NCBI GenBank assembly: GCA_043818055.1
Contig: JBDRGF010000075.1
Coordinates: forward strand, 1,733 to 65,732
Direction: 5' to 3'
DNA length: 64,000 nucleotides
DNA from: Pseudomonadota bacterium
GTDB taxonomy: Bacteria; UBA10199; 2-02-FULL-44-16; JBDRGF01
The position numbers were made by a program, and so were the translations under genes. How positions within the stretch are numbered: position 1 is the first letter of the stretch; each line of letters opens with the position of its first letter. The notes beneath the pieces were generated by a model. That model searched no databases, was not told where the DNA came from, and saw only the letters and a program-made list of their open reading frames with translations. Shown piece after piece: positions 28,028 through 37,331 of the stretch.

Positions 28028-28762
28028 ATGACTAACACCTTTGATCATCTCTTTCTGATGGGGCGGCCTGCTGCTGGAAAATCCGAATTCATAGATTTCA
28101 TGAAAAAAGTTACAGACGAGGAGAGGGCGAAGAAATTTCATATCGGCCATTTTACCGAGGTCGATGATTTCGTCTGGCTTTGGGAGAAGTTCATGGAGGA
28201 TCACCTCTGGGAGGAGGTCGGTTGTGAGAGGCTCTATTCATTCAATGAGGATGACAACCCGGGACTTAAGCCCGACAAGGGAAAGCTCTTCGATATGATG
28301 ATAGCCAAGATCGATCATATAGTTCGTGATAATTTTTTATCGAAGGCCGATTTTTATTCTCAAAATACCCTGATAATCGAGTTCGCGAGGGGGATGGAAA
28401 CGGGATATAAACATTCATTCGATCTTATCAAAAGTGATCTTTGGGATAAAGCCGCGATTTTGTATGTTGAGGTCGATGGTGCGGAATCATGGAAGAGGAA
28501 CGTCGCAAGGTACGAGGAGAAGCTCAAACATTCGATATTAGCCCATATGGTTCCGAAAAAGACCTTCGATGCCTTTTATTCGCATGATGACTGGCACGAT
28601 CTTACTGAGAATAAGAGGGAGGGTTATTTAAACCTGAAGGGAATTGAAGTCCCATTTGTTACGATGAACAACTGTCCGGAGTCGACAGATCCGGCTGTGT
28701 TAAGCCCCCGTTACGGTCAAGCGCTCGATAACCTCATGGAATTGAAGGAGAAACTAAAATAA
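28028..28762 (+). CDS. P-loop NTPase/kinase-like protein, paralog 1 of 3
   Basis: Walker A LMGRPAAGKSEF. Conserved C-terminus VPFVTMNN.PESTDP..L.PRYG. RBS AGGAGGG lies ahead of ATG 28028 (the track ORF begins at 27989). Confidence 0.6.
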   Translation: MTNTFDHLFLMGRPAAGKSEFIDFMKKVTDEERAKKFHIGHFTEVDDFVWLWEKFMEDHLWEEVGCERLYSFNEDDNPGLKPDKGKLFDMMIAKIDHIVRDNFLSKADFYSQNTLIIEFARGMETGYKHSFDLIKSDLWDKAAILYVEVDGAESWKRNVARYEEKLKHSILAHMVPKKTFDAFYSHDDWHDLTENKREGYLNLKGIEVPFVTMNNCPESTDPAVLSPRYGQALDNLMELKEKLK

Positions 28763-28785
28763 TCAGCTGAAGGGAGTCTTTCGGG

Positions 28786-29508
28786 ATGAAATATTTTAAA
28801 AATCTTTTTGTTTTAGGCCGTCCTGCCTGTGGAAAATCAGAATTTCTGGATTTTATGCGAAATAAGATCTCGGATGATGAGAGGCAGGATATCTATCACA
28901 TAGGAAAAATGAAGGTGATGGATGATTTCGTGTGGCTCTGGGAAAAATTCGAAGACGACGATATCTGGGAAAAGGTCACGGGGAAAAGATTTCATTCCAA
29001 CAGAGATGGACATCTATATAATGCGAGGAGCGCGATTCTATATAATTTTTTGACCGAGCGTTTGAGCGAAGAGGTAAAAAAGAATTTAAAAGATCAGGAG
29101 TTTTATAATTCAGGGACGTTGTTGATCGAATTCTCAAGGGGAGGAGAATGTTCTTATAAGGATGCCCTCAATCGCTTTGACCCCGAGGTGCTTAAAAGTT
29201 CTGCGATATTGTATATGGAGGTGGATGGGGCCGAGTCGTGGAGGAGAAATGAGGCGCGTTATCAGGAAAAGTTAAAACACTCGATTCTGGCCCACAAAGT
29301 TCCGAGAGAGACCTTCGATACATTTTATTCCTTTGATGACTGGGATGCGCTCACTGGAAAAAAACGCGATGGTGAGCTTGATCTTCAGGGGGTCAGAGTT
29401 CCATTTGTTACGATGAATAACACCCCCGAATCAACTGATCCAGGTGTTTTAGCGCCAAGATATGGCGATGCCCTGAACCGCCTGATGGATGTTTTCAACA
29501 AGAGATAA
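28786..29508 (+). CDS. P-loop NTPase/kinase-like protein, paralog 2 of 3
   Basis: Walker A LGRPACGKSEF. About 50% identical to paralogs 1 and 3 and collinear with them along its whole length. Confidence 0.6.
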   Translation: MKYFKNLFVLGRPACGKSEFLDFMRNKISDDERQDIYHIGKMKVMDDFVWLWEKFEDDDIWEKVTGKRFHSNRDGHLYNARSAILYNFLTERLSEEVKKNLKDQEFYNSGTLLIEFSRGGECSYKDALNRFDPEVLKSSAILYMEVDGAESWRRNEARYQEKLKHSILAHKVPRETFDTFYSFDDWDALTGKKRDGELDLQGVRVPFVTMNNTPESTDPGVLAPRYGDALNRLMDVFNKR

Positions 29509-29530
29509 TCAACGAAAGGAAATTTCAACC

Positions 29531-30259
29531 ATGAACCATTTTAAAAATCTCTTCGTTCTTGGAAAACCCGCCTGCGGCAAATCTGAATTGTTGGATTTTA
29601 TGACGAATAAGATCAGCTCAGAGGAGAGGTCTAAGATCTATCATATCGGAGAGATGAAAGTTATGGATGATTTTGTCTGGCTTTGGCAAAAATTTATCGA
29701 GGATAATCTCTGGGAGCGTTTGATCGGAAAGAGATTTCATTCAAAAAGGAGCGGAAATTTGCACATAGTCGATGACGCTTCTCTATATGATTTCATGATT
29801 GAAAAGCTGAATATTGAGGCGAAAAAACTTCTTAAGAATGATGGTTTTTATGACGAACACACCCTCTTGATAGAGTTTGCCCGTGGAGGAGAGAAGCCCT
29901 ATCTTCCTGCCATGAACCGATTCGATTCGGAAGTGCTGAAGTCATCTGTGATACTCTATGTAGATGTCTCCGCTGAGGAGTCGAGGCGAAGGAATGAAGC
30001 TCGTTATCAGGAGAAGCTTAAACACTCTGTGCTATCACATAAATGTCCCGATGAGGATATGGAGCGCTTTTATCAGTCAGATGACTGGGCCGCGATAACA
30101 GGAGGTAAGGTTGATGGCTTCTTGAAACTTAATGGTGTCGATGTTCCTTTTGTCACCATGAACAATGAACCTGAGAGTAAAGATCCTGTCATATTAGGCC
30201 CAAGATATAAAAAGGCATTGGATCTCCTCTATGAGCTTTATCAAAAAAATACCCTCTGA
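29531..30259 (+). CDS. P-loop NTPase/kinase-like protein, paralog 3 of 3
   Basis: Walker A LGKPACGKSEL, same family. RBS AAAGGA lies ahead of ATG 29531 (the track ORF begins at 29489). Confidence 0.6.
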   Translation: MNHFKNLFVLGKPACGKSELLDFMTNKISSEERSKIYHIGEMKVMDDFVWLWQKFIEDNLWERLIGKRFHSKRSGNLHIVDDASLYDFMIEKLNIEAKKLLKNDGFYDEHTLLIEFARGGEKPYLPAMNRFDSEVLKSSVILYVDVSAEESRRRNEARYQEKLKHSVLSHKCPDEDMERFYQSDDWAAITGGKVDGFLKLNGVDVPFVTMNNEPESKDPVILGPRYKKALDLLYELYQKNTL

Positions 30260-30468
30260 TTGCTATTTTTTTTCAAAATTCATTTATATCTCTTGCTTAA
30301 AGGATATTTTTTTCCTATAGAGTCACCAGTTGTGTTGGGGGAAAACACCACAACTATTCATAAAAATATAATAAAAATGTCCTTTAAACCTTTACATTTA
30401 GAGCGTTTCCTATTAATAATTTCTTCTTATAGAGCTATAAGAATTTATAACCTTACCCTGGAGGATCT

Positions 30469-31626
30469 ATGAGTTTAAAAGCCTATCTCAATAAAAAAGT
30501 TGCTGCCTGTGGCATAGCAGCGCTTTGCTTCGGCTATTTTGCCTCTTATGTTCCCTATTCGATGATGACCAAGATGGTAACCAAGGGTCTTTTCACAGGG
30601 ATGGACGGGACAGGTTATTCAGGCTTTGCGATTCAACCCATCGCAGTTTTGGGAAGCTTTGTTGCGATGTATTTGTTCATAACGCTGAAGGGCTGGTGGA
30701 AGTTTGCGACTCAGTGGAAAGTGGGAGGTATTTCGTTGCCGCGTCCGAGGTGGTTCACCTTTTTGTCAGGGCTTTGCACGGCAGGTATCATAGTTACAAC
30801 AACCTTATCTTATTCATTCAGCGGAATAAGCATAGTTTTCGCGATGCTTCTGATGCGTGGTGGCGTGTTGATCATAGCCCCCGTCGTAGATCTGTTTTCC
30901 AGGAGAAAGAGAAAAATCTATTGGCCGTCGCTCGTGGCATCCTTTCTCAGCGTCGGCGCTTTGCTCGTTGCCTTCTCTGGAAACGCAGGAACTGCTATGA
31001 CAACCGTTGCAGCGATCGACATCGCATGTTATTTGGGATGCTACTTTTTAAGGCTCACATTCATGAGCAACAAGGCCAAGTCGAACGACATCGCGGAGAA
31101 GAGAAGATTTTTCACCGAGGAGCAGATGGTGGCGAACCCTGTTTTGTTAGTAGCGCTTTTAATCGTTGGATTGATCGGCTCGACGATGAGTCCGGATTCT
31201 ATGCCGGGACTTATCTGGACTGGCTTTTCCAAAGTGCCTTTTGAAGGTTTCTTCTTCACGGTATTACTTATCGGCATATTCTCATACGGGACGGGTCTCT
31301 TTGGCAGTCTGATATTCCTCGATAAACGCGAACACACGTTCTGTGCCCCTGCAAATAGATGCTCAAGCATCGTTTCCGGAGTGATCGCCACATACCTTTT
31401 GGCCATCTTTTATGGTCAGAAATATCCCAGCACACTTCAGATCATAGGTGTTGCCCTGATCATCGGTGCTATTCTCTTCTTGATGTATCGAGCTGTGATG
31501 GAGAGGAGAAGAAAGGGTGCGGCATCGTGTATCACATGCACGCCAGATACACCTGAGATCACAGAAGAGAGCGAAGAGGAGACGACAGAGGGCGGAAAGT
31601 TGCTATGTGATCCTCTGAAGGCTTGA
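30469..31626 (+). CDS. Polytopic membrane protein (about 10 TM helices, transporter-like) with an acidic C-terminal tail
   Basis: The hydrophobicity pattern shows about 10 TM segments. The C-terminus is ITEESEEETTEGG. No confident family assignment. Confidence 0.5.
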   Translation: MSLKAYLNKKVAACGIAALCFGYFASYVPYSMMTKMVTKGLFTGMDGTGYSGFAIQPIAVLGSFVAMYLFITLKGWWKFATQWKVGGISLPRPRWFTFLSGLCTAGIIVTTTLSYSFSGISIVFAMLLMRGGVLIIAPVVDLFSRRKRKIYWPSLVASFLSVGALLVAFSGNAGTAMTTVAAIDIACYLGCYFLRLTFMSNKAKSNDIAEKRRFFTEEQMVANPVLLVALLIVGLIGSTMSPDSMPGLIWTGFSKVPFEGFFFTVLLIGIFSYGTGLFGSLIFLDKREHTFCAPANRCSSIVSGVIATYLLAIFYGQKYPSTLQIIGVALIIGAILFLMYRAVMERRRKGAASCITCTPDTPEITEESEEETTEGGKLLCDPLKA

Positions 31627-31650
31627 TAAGATTTTGATGATTTTTTATTG

Positions 31651-31683
31651 CGGCCGGTGTTATAAAGACACCGGCCGTTTTTT
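31651..31683 (+). terminator. Rho-independent terminator after the membrane-protein gene
   Basis: cggccggtgt-tataaag-acaccggccg forms a 10-bp GC-rich stem, followed immediately by TTTTTT. Confidence 0.8.
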
Positions 31684-31977
31684 ATGTGCGCCCGGTAGGG
31701 CTCATCGATTTGGTGAAAAGAAGCGTAAGGGAGTGTATGTAAAAGTTGGAGCGTTGACCTTTCTTGGTGGATGGGATGTCGATGATGATGTTAAAGGTTT
31801 TCGCGCCAGCCCATTGGTTGTTCCTCAATTTTATCTCGGATATCAGGCTATGATGGGCGATAGATCGTCATTTGCTGTTGAGGTAGGAGCAAAAACCCTT
31901 TCATTATATACCGATAAGAGTGATGGCTGGTTTGGTGTTGCAATCCCTGTGGGCAAGGTCTCGTTTAGCTATAGCTT

Positions 31978-32745
31978 CTAAAAATCAAAATCATCGAGAC
32001 TTGGAATCCCCTCATCTACGATAACCGGTTCTTCGCGCTTTGGAGTTGGTCTTGGGCGGGCGCGCCTTGGGGCAGGTTTTGAAAAGCCGTGTCTGTATAG
32101 TGGCAGATCGTCGCTGTTTCCTTCGACAACATTTATTCTATGGCCGCTTTGAGCTTCCCATTTTTTTAGTCCCTTTTCGAGCAACGGTTGATTGAGCGAC
32201 CAGAGAAGGTTGTGTTCCCCCTGAAGCTTTTGCTCTGAGAAGAGGCGATAGCTGATGGAGAAGGTCTGAAATCCGGTTTCGTCAGGGCCACCCCATATGA
32301 TGAAGCTCGCCGGCTCCTGAATCTGAATCCTGATCGGGTTGTCCGGATCAGATTCCGTTCGCAGAAAACCTACGATATTGAGATTGAGTCGAGACACCCA
32401 GAGTGGCTGTTTTAGCTTTTTCAAAACAAGCATGAACTCGTCGAGGAATGTCATCTGGTTGAGGTTGTCGCGTGTGATCTGTTCGGAGGCATTATATGCG
32501 GTGACCTCGAGGTTATCCGGCACGACAAGGCCAAACATAGCGCGCAGGAAATTGAATACCTGCTCAAAGAACCAGACATTCGATTCATCCTTGGACATTC
32601 TTGTGAAATCGACACCGGAATCAAATCCCCATGTGCCGACTATATGGCCCTTTTTTTTCGCCTGCTCCAGATAGTCATCAAGTCCGGTCGGAACCCTGAT
32701 CCGGGATCGTGATGAAGGCTTTGGTCTTGGTCGTCTTCTGATCAT
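31978..32745 (-). CDS. Hypothetical protein (255 aa) with Arg/Pro-rich termini
   Basis: Clean ORF with no recognised domains. Start and stop are well placed relative to neighbouring genes. Confidence 0.45.
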   Translation of the reverse strand: MIRRRPRPKPSSRSRIRVPTGLDDYLEQAKKKGHIVGTWGFDSGVDFTRMSKDESNVWFFEQVFNFLRAMFGLVVPDNLEVTAYNASEQITRDNLNQMTFLDEFMLVLKKLKQPLWVSRLNLNIVGFLRTESDPDNPIRIQIQEPASFIIWGGPDETGFQTFSISYRLFSEQKLQGEHNLLWSLNQPLLEKGLKKWEAQSGHRINVVEGNSDDLPLYRHGFSKPAPRRARPRPTPKREEPVIVDEGIPSLDDFDF

Positions 32746-32803
32746 AATCGGTGCTCAGTATATAGTAAGTGACGTGTGGTGAAAAGGGTAAAAAGGGCTA
32801 AAA

Positions 32804-32877
32804 GCGCATGTGGCATGTAGCATGTGGGCAAAAGCTTGTTTAATGAGCATTTTCCACATACTACATGCCACATGCGC
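32804..32877. repeat. Near-perfect 24-bp inverted repeat (GCGCATGTGGCATGTAGCATGTGG) with a 26-nt spacer; hairpin/terminator or operator between two minus-strand genes
   Basis: The arms at 32804-32827 and 32854-32877 are reverse complements with 1 mismatch. On the minus strand it is followed by a T-rich run. The half-motif GCGCATGTAGCATG recurs at 50271. Confidence 0.7.
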
Positions 32878-32886
32878 TTTTTGCTT

Positions 32887-33363
32887 CTACAATTCCAAAT
32901 CCTCTTCCCGTTTTTTGATTCTTGAGATGAATTGGGATGTCTCTTTGATCTGGCTTAGCTCGTCCACGAGATTGGGTTCCGAGAATATTGAGGATATCTG
33001 TGATAAGAATTTAAGATGCTCAGCAAAGGCCTTCTCATTCGCAGGTGAAAAGAAGAGACAAAATATTTTTGCCTTAGAATTGCCAGACTCCGATCGATCG
33101 CTTATTCCATTTGGCGCAACTCCGATGATCAAACTTAAATCTTTTACAAGATCGCTTCTTGCATGAGGGAGGGCAAGGCCGTTGGGTAAAAAAGTTGAGG
33201 CCAGCGACTCCCTGCTCCTGAGCTCATCGAAAAGCGCTTTTGGGTTTGTGATGTGATATGTACTCGCGAATTTATTTACCAGCTCCTGCAAAACTCCATC
33301 TTTTGTTGTGGAGATCATTGGTAGAATTATCGCATCAGGTTTTAGCCTTTCTGTGAAGTTCAT
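32887..33363 (-). CDS. ptsN: PTS EIIA type-2 domain protein (PtsN/EIIA-Ntr-like nitrogen regulatory protein)
   Basis: The stretch around the phospho-histidine reads LPNGLALPHARSD. Size (158 aa) and motifs fit EIIA-Ntr. Confidence 0.65.
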   Translation of the reverse strand: MNFTERLKPDAIILPMISTTKDGVLQELVNKFASTYHITNPKALFDELRSRESLASTFLPNGLALPHARSDLVKDLSLIIGVAPNGISDRSESGNSKAKIFCLFFSPANEKAFAEHLKFLSQISSIFSEPNLVDELSQIKETSQFISRIKKREEDLEL

Positions 33364-33398
33364 AGTCTGATGCGCGTATCACGCTTTCGCCTTCATTG

Positions 33399-34316
33399 TC
33401 AACTTGACGCTTCCGATTCGCGTATTGGATTTGTTTGCACAGTTATAGTTGGATTAATTTTGTGCTCAATAGTCAGTTTTGCGAAAGAGGCAGAAATTAT
33501 GAGAAGCGAGATGCCTATCCACATTATCACAGGTACAGACTCTTTCAGAATCAGAACAGAGAGGAGAGCTGCTATAGGGGCTTTGAGATTGGAGATGAGG
33601 CCGGGATAAAGAGCTCCCAGTTTATTGACGCTTCTGTTCCAGAACCAAAATCCTATACCTGTGGCGACTACACTCAAGTATATAAGTATCGCAAAGCGTT
33701 CAGTTGAAATCCTATTCGGTGCGCCGACGACCAGAATACTTGCTATCATGCTCATAATGCCGGCAACGATTTGTGCTGAGCCTGTGACGAATATATTGCT
33801 CGAATTCATTCTCGATCTCAAAATCACATTTGCGAAGGCGAACGATGTGTTGCTTATTATGATGCAGATAAATCCGATGATCTGATTATATTTATCCGCT
33901 GAGTGCGATGCCGATTTATCATAGAGGACTACAGCGCCTAACGTTGCAAAGATAAATGGAATTAAAATTTTTAACAGAGGCATCTTTCTTTTGAATATTG
34001 AATCGAGTATCAGAACGATCACTGGCGTTGTGAGTGTAAGGGCCGCCACTTTTGATGCTGGGAGATATTTGATGGAGGTGAGATAGAAGAAATAGACCAG
34101 AAAAAATTCGAATATGGCGAGGAAGATAATCAACCTGACAGATTCAATCTTTAATTTTCTCTTTTCCCCTTTGAACAAGAAAAATAAAAAGAGGGCCAGC
34201 CCCCCCAATAAAAATCTAAAGGTTGTGATCCATAACGGATCAAGCTCTGCTACTAAAAAACGAGCGAGCGGAAAGGAGAGACCCCAACATAATGTGACAA
34301 GCCATATTTCTATCAT
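33399..34316 (-). CDS. EamA/DMT-family transporter
   Basis: 10 TM helices arranged as two repeated EamA-like halves. Confidence 0.65.
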   Translation of the reverse strand: MIEIWLVTLCWGLSFPLARFLVAELDPLWITTFRFLLGGLALFLFFLFKGEKRKLKIESVRLIIFLAIFEFFLVYFFYLTSIKYLPASKVAALTLTTPVIVLILDSIFKRKMPLLKILIPFIFATLGAVVLYDKSASHSADKYNQIIGFICIIISNTSFAFANVILRSRMNSSNIFVTGSAQIVAGIMSMIASILVVGAPNRISTERFAILIYLSVVATGIGFWFWNRSVNKLGALYPGLISNLKAPIAALLSVLILKESVPVIMWIGISLLIISASFAKLTIEHKINPTITVQTNPIRESEASS

Positions 34317-34323
34317 AAATTTA

Positions 34324-35283
34324 TTAACTCTCCGACCTCAGATATTTTATCATTCGCGACTTGGCAATTGAAAAGATCAGTGGCATTTCGGTCAAAATAA
34401 CGCCGCTCATTATGAAGCAGGCTCCAATGAAAGCGAGCTTTGTCATGATCTCGCCTCCCCACCACCATCCGAAGAGGGCTCCAAAGACTGCTTCCATTCC
34501 GAAGATGATGCCAGCCCTCGTAGGACTGATCATCCTCTGAGCAGTAGTTTGAATGAGGAAGGCAAGAGATGTGGCGAATATCCCGGTGATTATTATTGTA
34601 ATAACCGCGATTTTAGAGAGATGAAGGCTGGGAACTCCCTTGATGAAACTTAGGATGCCAAACATCAGCGCAGCGAAGAATAGCTGAAACATCACGATCG
34701 GTACGATATCATGACGATGCGCCATCCGCTTGGTGAGGATGATGTGCCATGAGAAAGCGAATGCGCAGATAAGTGTTATGTAGTCTCCTACGTTGATGCC
34801 CTGTACGCCATGATAGGTCAAAAGATAGAGACCAAAAAATGAGATCATCACTCCGATAATAGCTGGTCTGGTTATCTCTTCTCTCCCTTTTTTTGAGAGG
34901 GCTGAGAGCAGAGGAATAAGGATGATATAGAGTCCTGTTATGAATGCGGAGTTTCCAGCTGTTGTATATTTCAATCCTTCAGTCTGGGCGAGATATCCTA
35001 TTGAGAGATAGATGCTTAAATTTAATGATGCTGTGATCTCGGATTTTTTTGCCTTAAGAATTCGTTTTCTGAAGATGATGGCCAGAAACAAAAAGGCGAC
35101 TAAAAATCTCAAAAAGAGAAAATAATAAGCGTCAATCTCGGTGATCGTCCACTTCACGAGAGTGAAGGATGCCCCCCAAATAATCGTGTCGGCGACGAGC
35201 CCGATCATAGCCAAAGCCTGAATTTTGGGAGAGTAGGTTTTCATGCTGTGTGGGGTAATAGTAATAAATCGCAGGGCTGGCAA
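34324..35283 (-). CDS. EamA/DMT-family transporter (tandem paralog)
   Basis: 10 TM helices with the same duplicated 5-TM architecture. Confidence 0.65.
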   Translation of the reverse strand: MPALRFITITPHSMKTYSPKIQALAMIGLVADTIIWGASFTLVKWTITEIDAYYFLFLRFLVAFLFLAIIFRKRILKAKKSEITASLNLSIYLSIGYLAQTEGLKYTTAGNSAFITGLYIILIPLLSALSKKGREEITRPAIIGVMISFFGLYLLTYHGVQGINVGDYITLICAFAFSWHIILTKRMAHRHDIVPIVMFQLFFAALMFGILSFIKGVPSLHLSKIAVITIIITGIFATSLAFLIQTTAQRMISPTRAGIIFGMEAVFGALFGWWWGGEIMTKLAFIGACFIMSGVILTEMPLIFSIAKSRMIKYLRSES

Positions 35284-35284
35284 G

Positions 35285-37330
35285 CTAGAATATCGCTACA
35301 TCCCTCCAGATGAATTTATTTCCCAGAGACTCCTGTCGAAAGGTGAGCGTTCCATTTGGATCAGTTGTTGTCTCGGATATTTGTTCACCTATTTTTACCT
35401 TATATTTTTTCTCCTTCGAAAGTCCGCCGATCTGGAAGCTTAAGCTATCCATATTTCTTATCTTAAATGATAGCCCCTCTTCCCCTTTGGTCCAGTTTTC
35501 AATCTTGCCGTTGGCCTTTATGAGAAAAGGGGTCTTTGGATAATTTGGAGTCAGGTGGATCTCAGAGATGGTGCCATTGTCTAGATGCACATATGTCACT
35601 CCCTGAAGGCTATTGAAACCTATCACCCCTTTTGATTTTTCCAAATCTATATTACCTGTATAGTTGTCGAATCTGATGGTCCTCAAATCGCCGTTATCTG
35701 AAACCGCCCACGCGGTTTTTGAAATCTTGCTAAATTTGGTCGACAAAAAACCCTTCAGGACATGGAGATATTCAGAGAGGAAGGCCGGGTTCATCTCCTG
35801 GGTGAGTGCCCAGTCATAGGCCTTTATTATTGCATTAAGGGAGGGTTCGCGTTCCGCGTTATATATATGATAATAGACATCGATCGCACGCAGGCGAATA
35901 GGAGATCCTGTATTTTTAAATGTTTCAATTATATATTTGTATCCCCAGTAAGGTCCGCTCCACATATTGGTATAAACATTTTCGTTGCTATTGATGGCGT
36001 AGTTTTGCAGCAGGCCGTTCACATGACGAAAGAGCGGGGCGACATAGGTGTAGCTTGGGTATTCGTTGTCGAATCTCGTATCGCCACCGTTGACATTCAT
36101 TATGTTATGATCATTCACATATTTTAAAGCCTCATAGTCAGGCAGACAATCACCCGTCCAGAAGAACATATCGACCTTTTTTCCTTTCGGAACGATGTTT
36201 TTGTTTAAATATTCGATCGATTTTCCGATCTCGAATTCAGGAGAGTACGTATAGCCGGGGACCTTGATGCCGATGAGACGATCTTTTTTCTCCCATATGA
36301 ACGGGTGAGCCCAGCCGTGACTTGCGGGTTGAATATTTGGCAGCTCAAATGTCCTTTTCATTATTCCTACGATCGAGTCTCTTTCCCTCTTGCTGACCGT
36401 AGTCAAAATATCTCCAACAACAAATGATGCCGAAACCGGAAGGTTATATTTGTTCAAAACCCTATCATACATGACCTGTCCGCAATTCTTTTTTTTGTCT
36501 ATCAGGCTCATGCTTCTTACACCATCACCATCAATATGGCTGTAGAACATGCGCGTGCCATTTAGTGTTGTAACATCCGGCTTGGGAAAATCGGCGTCAA
36601 AGACAGCTGCAAAATATTTAAAAGGATTGATCAACCAACGTGTCTGGTAGTTTATTGAATTATAATATACGGCATACGATGAAAGAATATATCCGCCGAC
36701 AGAGCTTTTAAAAACTGCGTCACAAACAGTTCCGGTGTCCTTTCTCTTGAGTTTTAGATATACCTTTGCCAGTTTGTCGGTTGTTTGAAGGTTAGAGAAT
36801 GAATTCAAATCCTTTCCAAGCTTTCTTTCAAACTCGGTGATATCAGGATCTTTGTATTCTACATCGATCAGAATTGAGCTGGTTGTCGCGCCTCTAGGTT
36901 CATATTTTACTTTGAAAGCTTTGAAAAAATTATCCCAGATACTCTTTTTTGTTGGAATCATATTCTCATTATAATCGAAGCCGAACTGATCTATTATCAT
37001 CACTTTTTTGCCGTTATTCAGCTGTCGGGTAAGCCATTTGGCATAGTTCGGAGCATTGCTAAGCACATTGTCAGTAAACCAGCTGACGATTCCTACGTAT
37101 TTTTGCATCTCCTCGTCAGAGGGGAGCCTCTTTGAAATATCGACGTAATCGACCGTAAAGCCGAGATGATTGAGCGGCATCTCGACCCTTTTTGCAATCA
37201 TGTTTTCGTAGATCTCTTTAATTTCGTTACCGTCGATTACAGCAAGAATGTTTCGATTCACAGCCTGAGCAAATGAGCTTGAGGAAATAAGAATGGCAAC
37301 AGTAAAAATAAAATATTTTAAGTTCTTCAT
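35285..37330 (-). CDS. Secreted PelA-like polysaccharide deacetylase (CE4-like) domain protein, paralog of 48143..50215
   Basis: Signal peptide MKNLKYFIFTVAILISSSSFAQA. CE4-like motifs FYSHIDGDG (TFDDG-like) and PASHGWAHP (H-x-W-x-H-P) lie about 70 aa apart. About 55% identical to the second copy. Start taken at the internal Met ahead of the signal peptide. Confidence 0.45.
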   Translation of the reverse strand: MKNLKYFIFTVAILISSSSFAQAVNRNILAVIDGNEIKEIYENMIAKRVEMPLNHLGFTVDYVDISKRLPSDEEMQKYVGIVSWFTDNVLSNAPNYAKWLTRQLNNGKKVMIIDQFGFDYNENMIPTKKSIWDNFFKAFKVKYEPRGATTSSILIDVEYKDPDITEFERKLGKDLNSFSNLQTTDKLAKVYLKLKRKDTGTVCDAVFKSSVGGYILSSYAVYYNSINYQTRWLINPFKYFAAVFDADFPKPDVTTLNGTRMFYSHIDGDGVRSMSLIDKKKNCGQVMYDRVLNKYNLPVSASFVVGDILTTVSKRERDSIVGIMKRTFELPNIQPASHGWAHPFIWEKKDRLIGIKVPGYTYSPEFEIGKSIEYLNKNIVPKGKKVDMFFWTGDCLPDYEALKYVNDHNIMNVNGGDTRFDNEYPSYTYVAPLFRHVNGLLQNYAINSNENVYTNMWSGPYWGYKYIIETFKNTGSPIRLRAIDVYYHIYNAEREPSLNAIIKAYDWALTQEMNPAFLSEYLHVLKGFLSTKFSKISKTAWAVSDNGDLRTIRFDNYTGNIDLEKSKGVIGFNSLQGVTYVHLDNGTISEIHLTPNYPKTPFLIKANGKIENWTKGEEGLSFKIRNMDSLSFQIGGLSKEKKYKVKIGEQISETTTDPNGTLTFRQESLGNKFIWRDVAIF

Positions 37331-37331
37331 A

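Noticed and set aside
30260-30472. 70-aa ORF in the 210-bp intergenic region upstream of the membrane protein
   Set aside because: Low-complexity hydrophobic sequence with no RBS. It more likely belongs to the promoter and 5' UTR region of the membrane-protein gene.
30525-31244. 239-aa plus-strand ORF overlapping the membrane-protein gene
   Set aside because: It is an alternative frame within 30469..31626. It is Arg/Cys-rich and low-complexity, with no start context. The membrane-protein frame has coherent TM periodicity.
31634-31981. 115-aa ORF immediately after the membrane-protein gene
   Set aside because: Its first 50 nt are the strong Rho-independent terminator hairpin (31651-31683), so translation from 31634 is implausible. 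A shorter internal start cannot be excluded, but there is no RBS or domain evidence.
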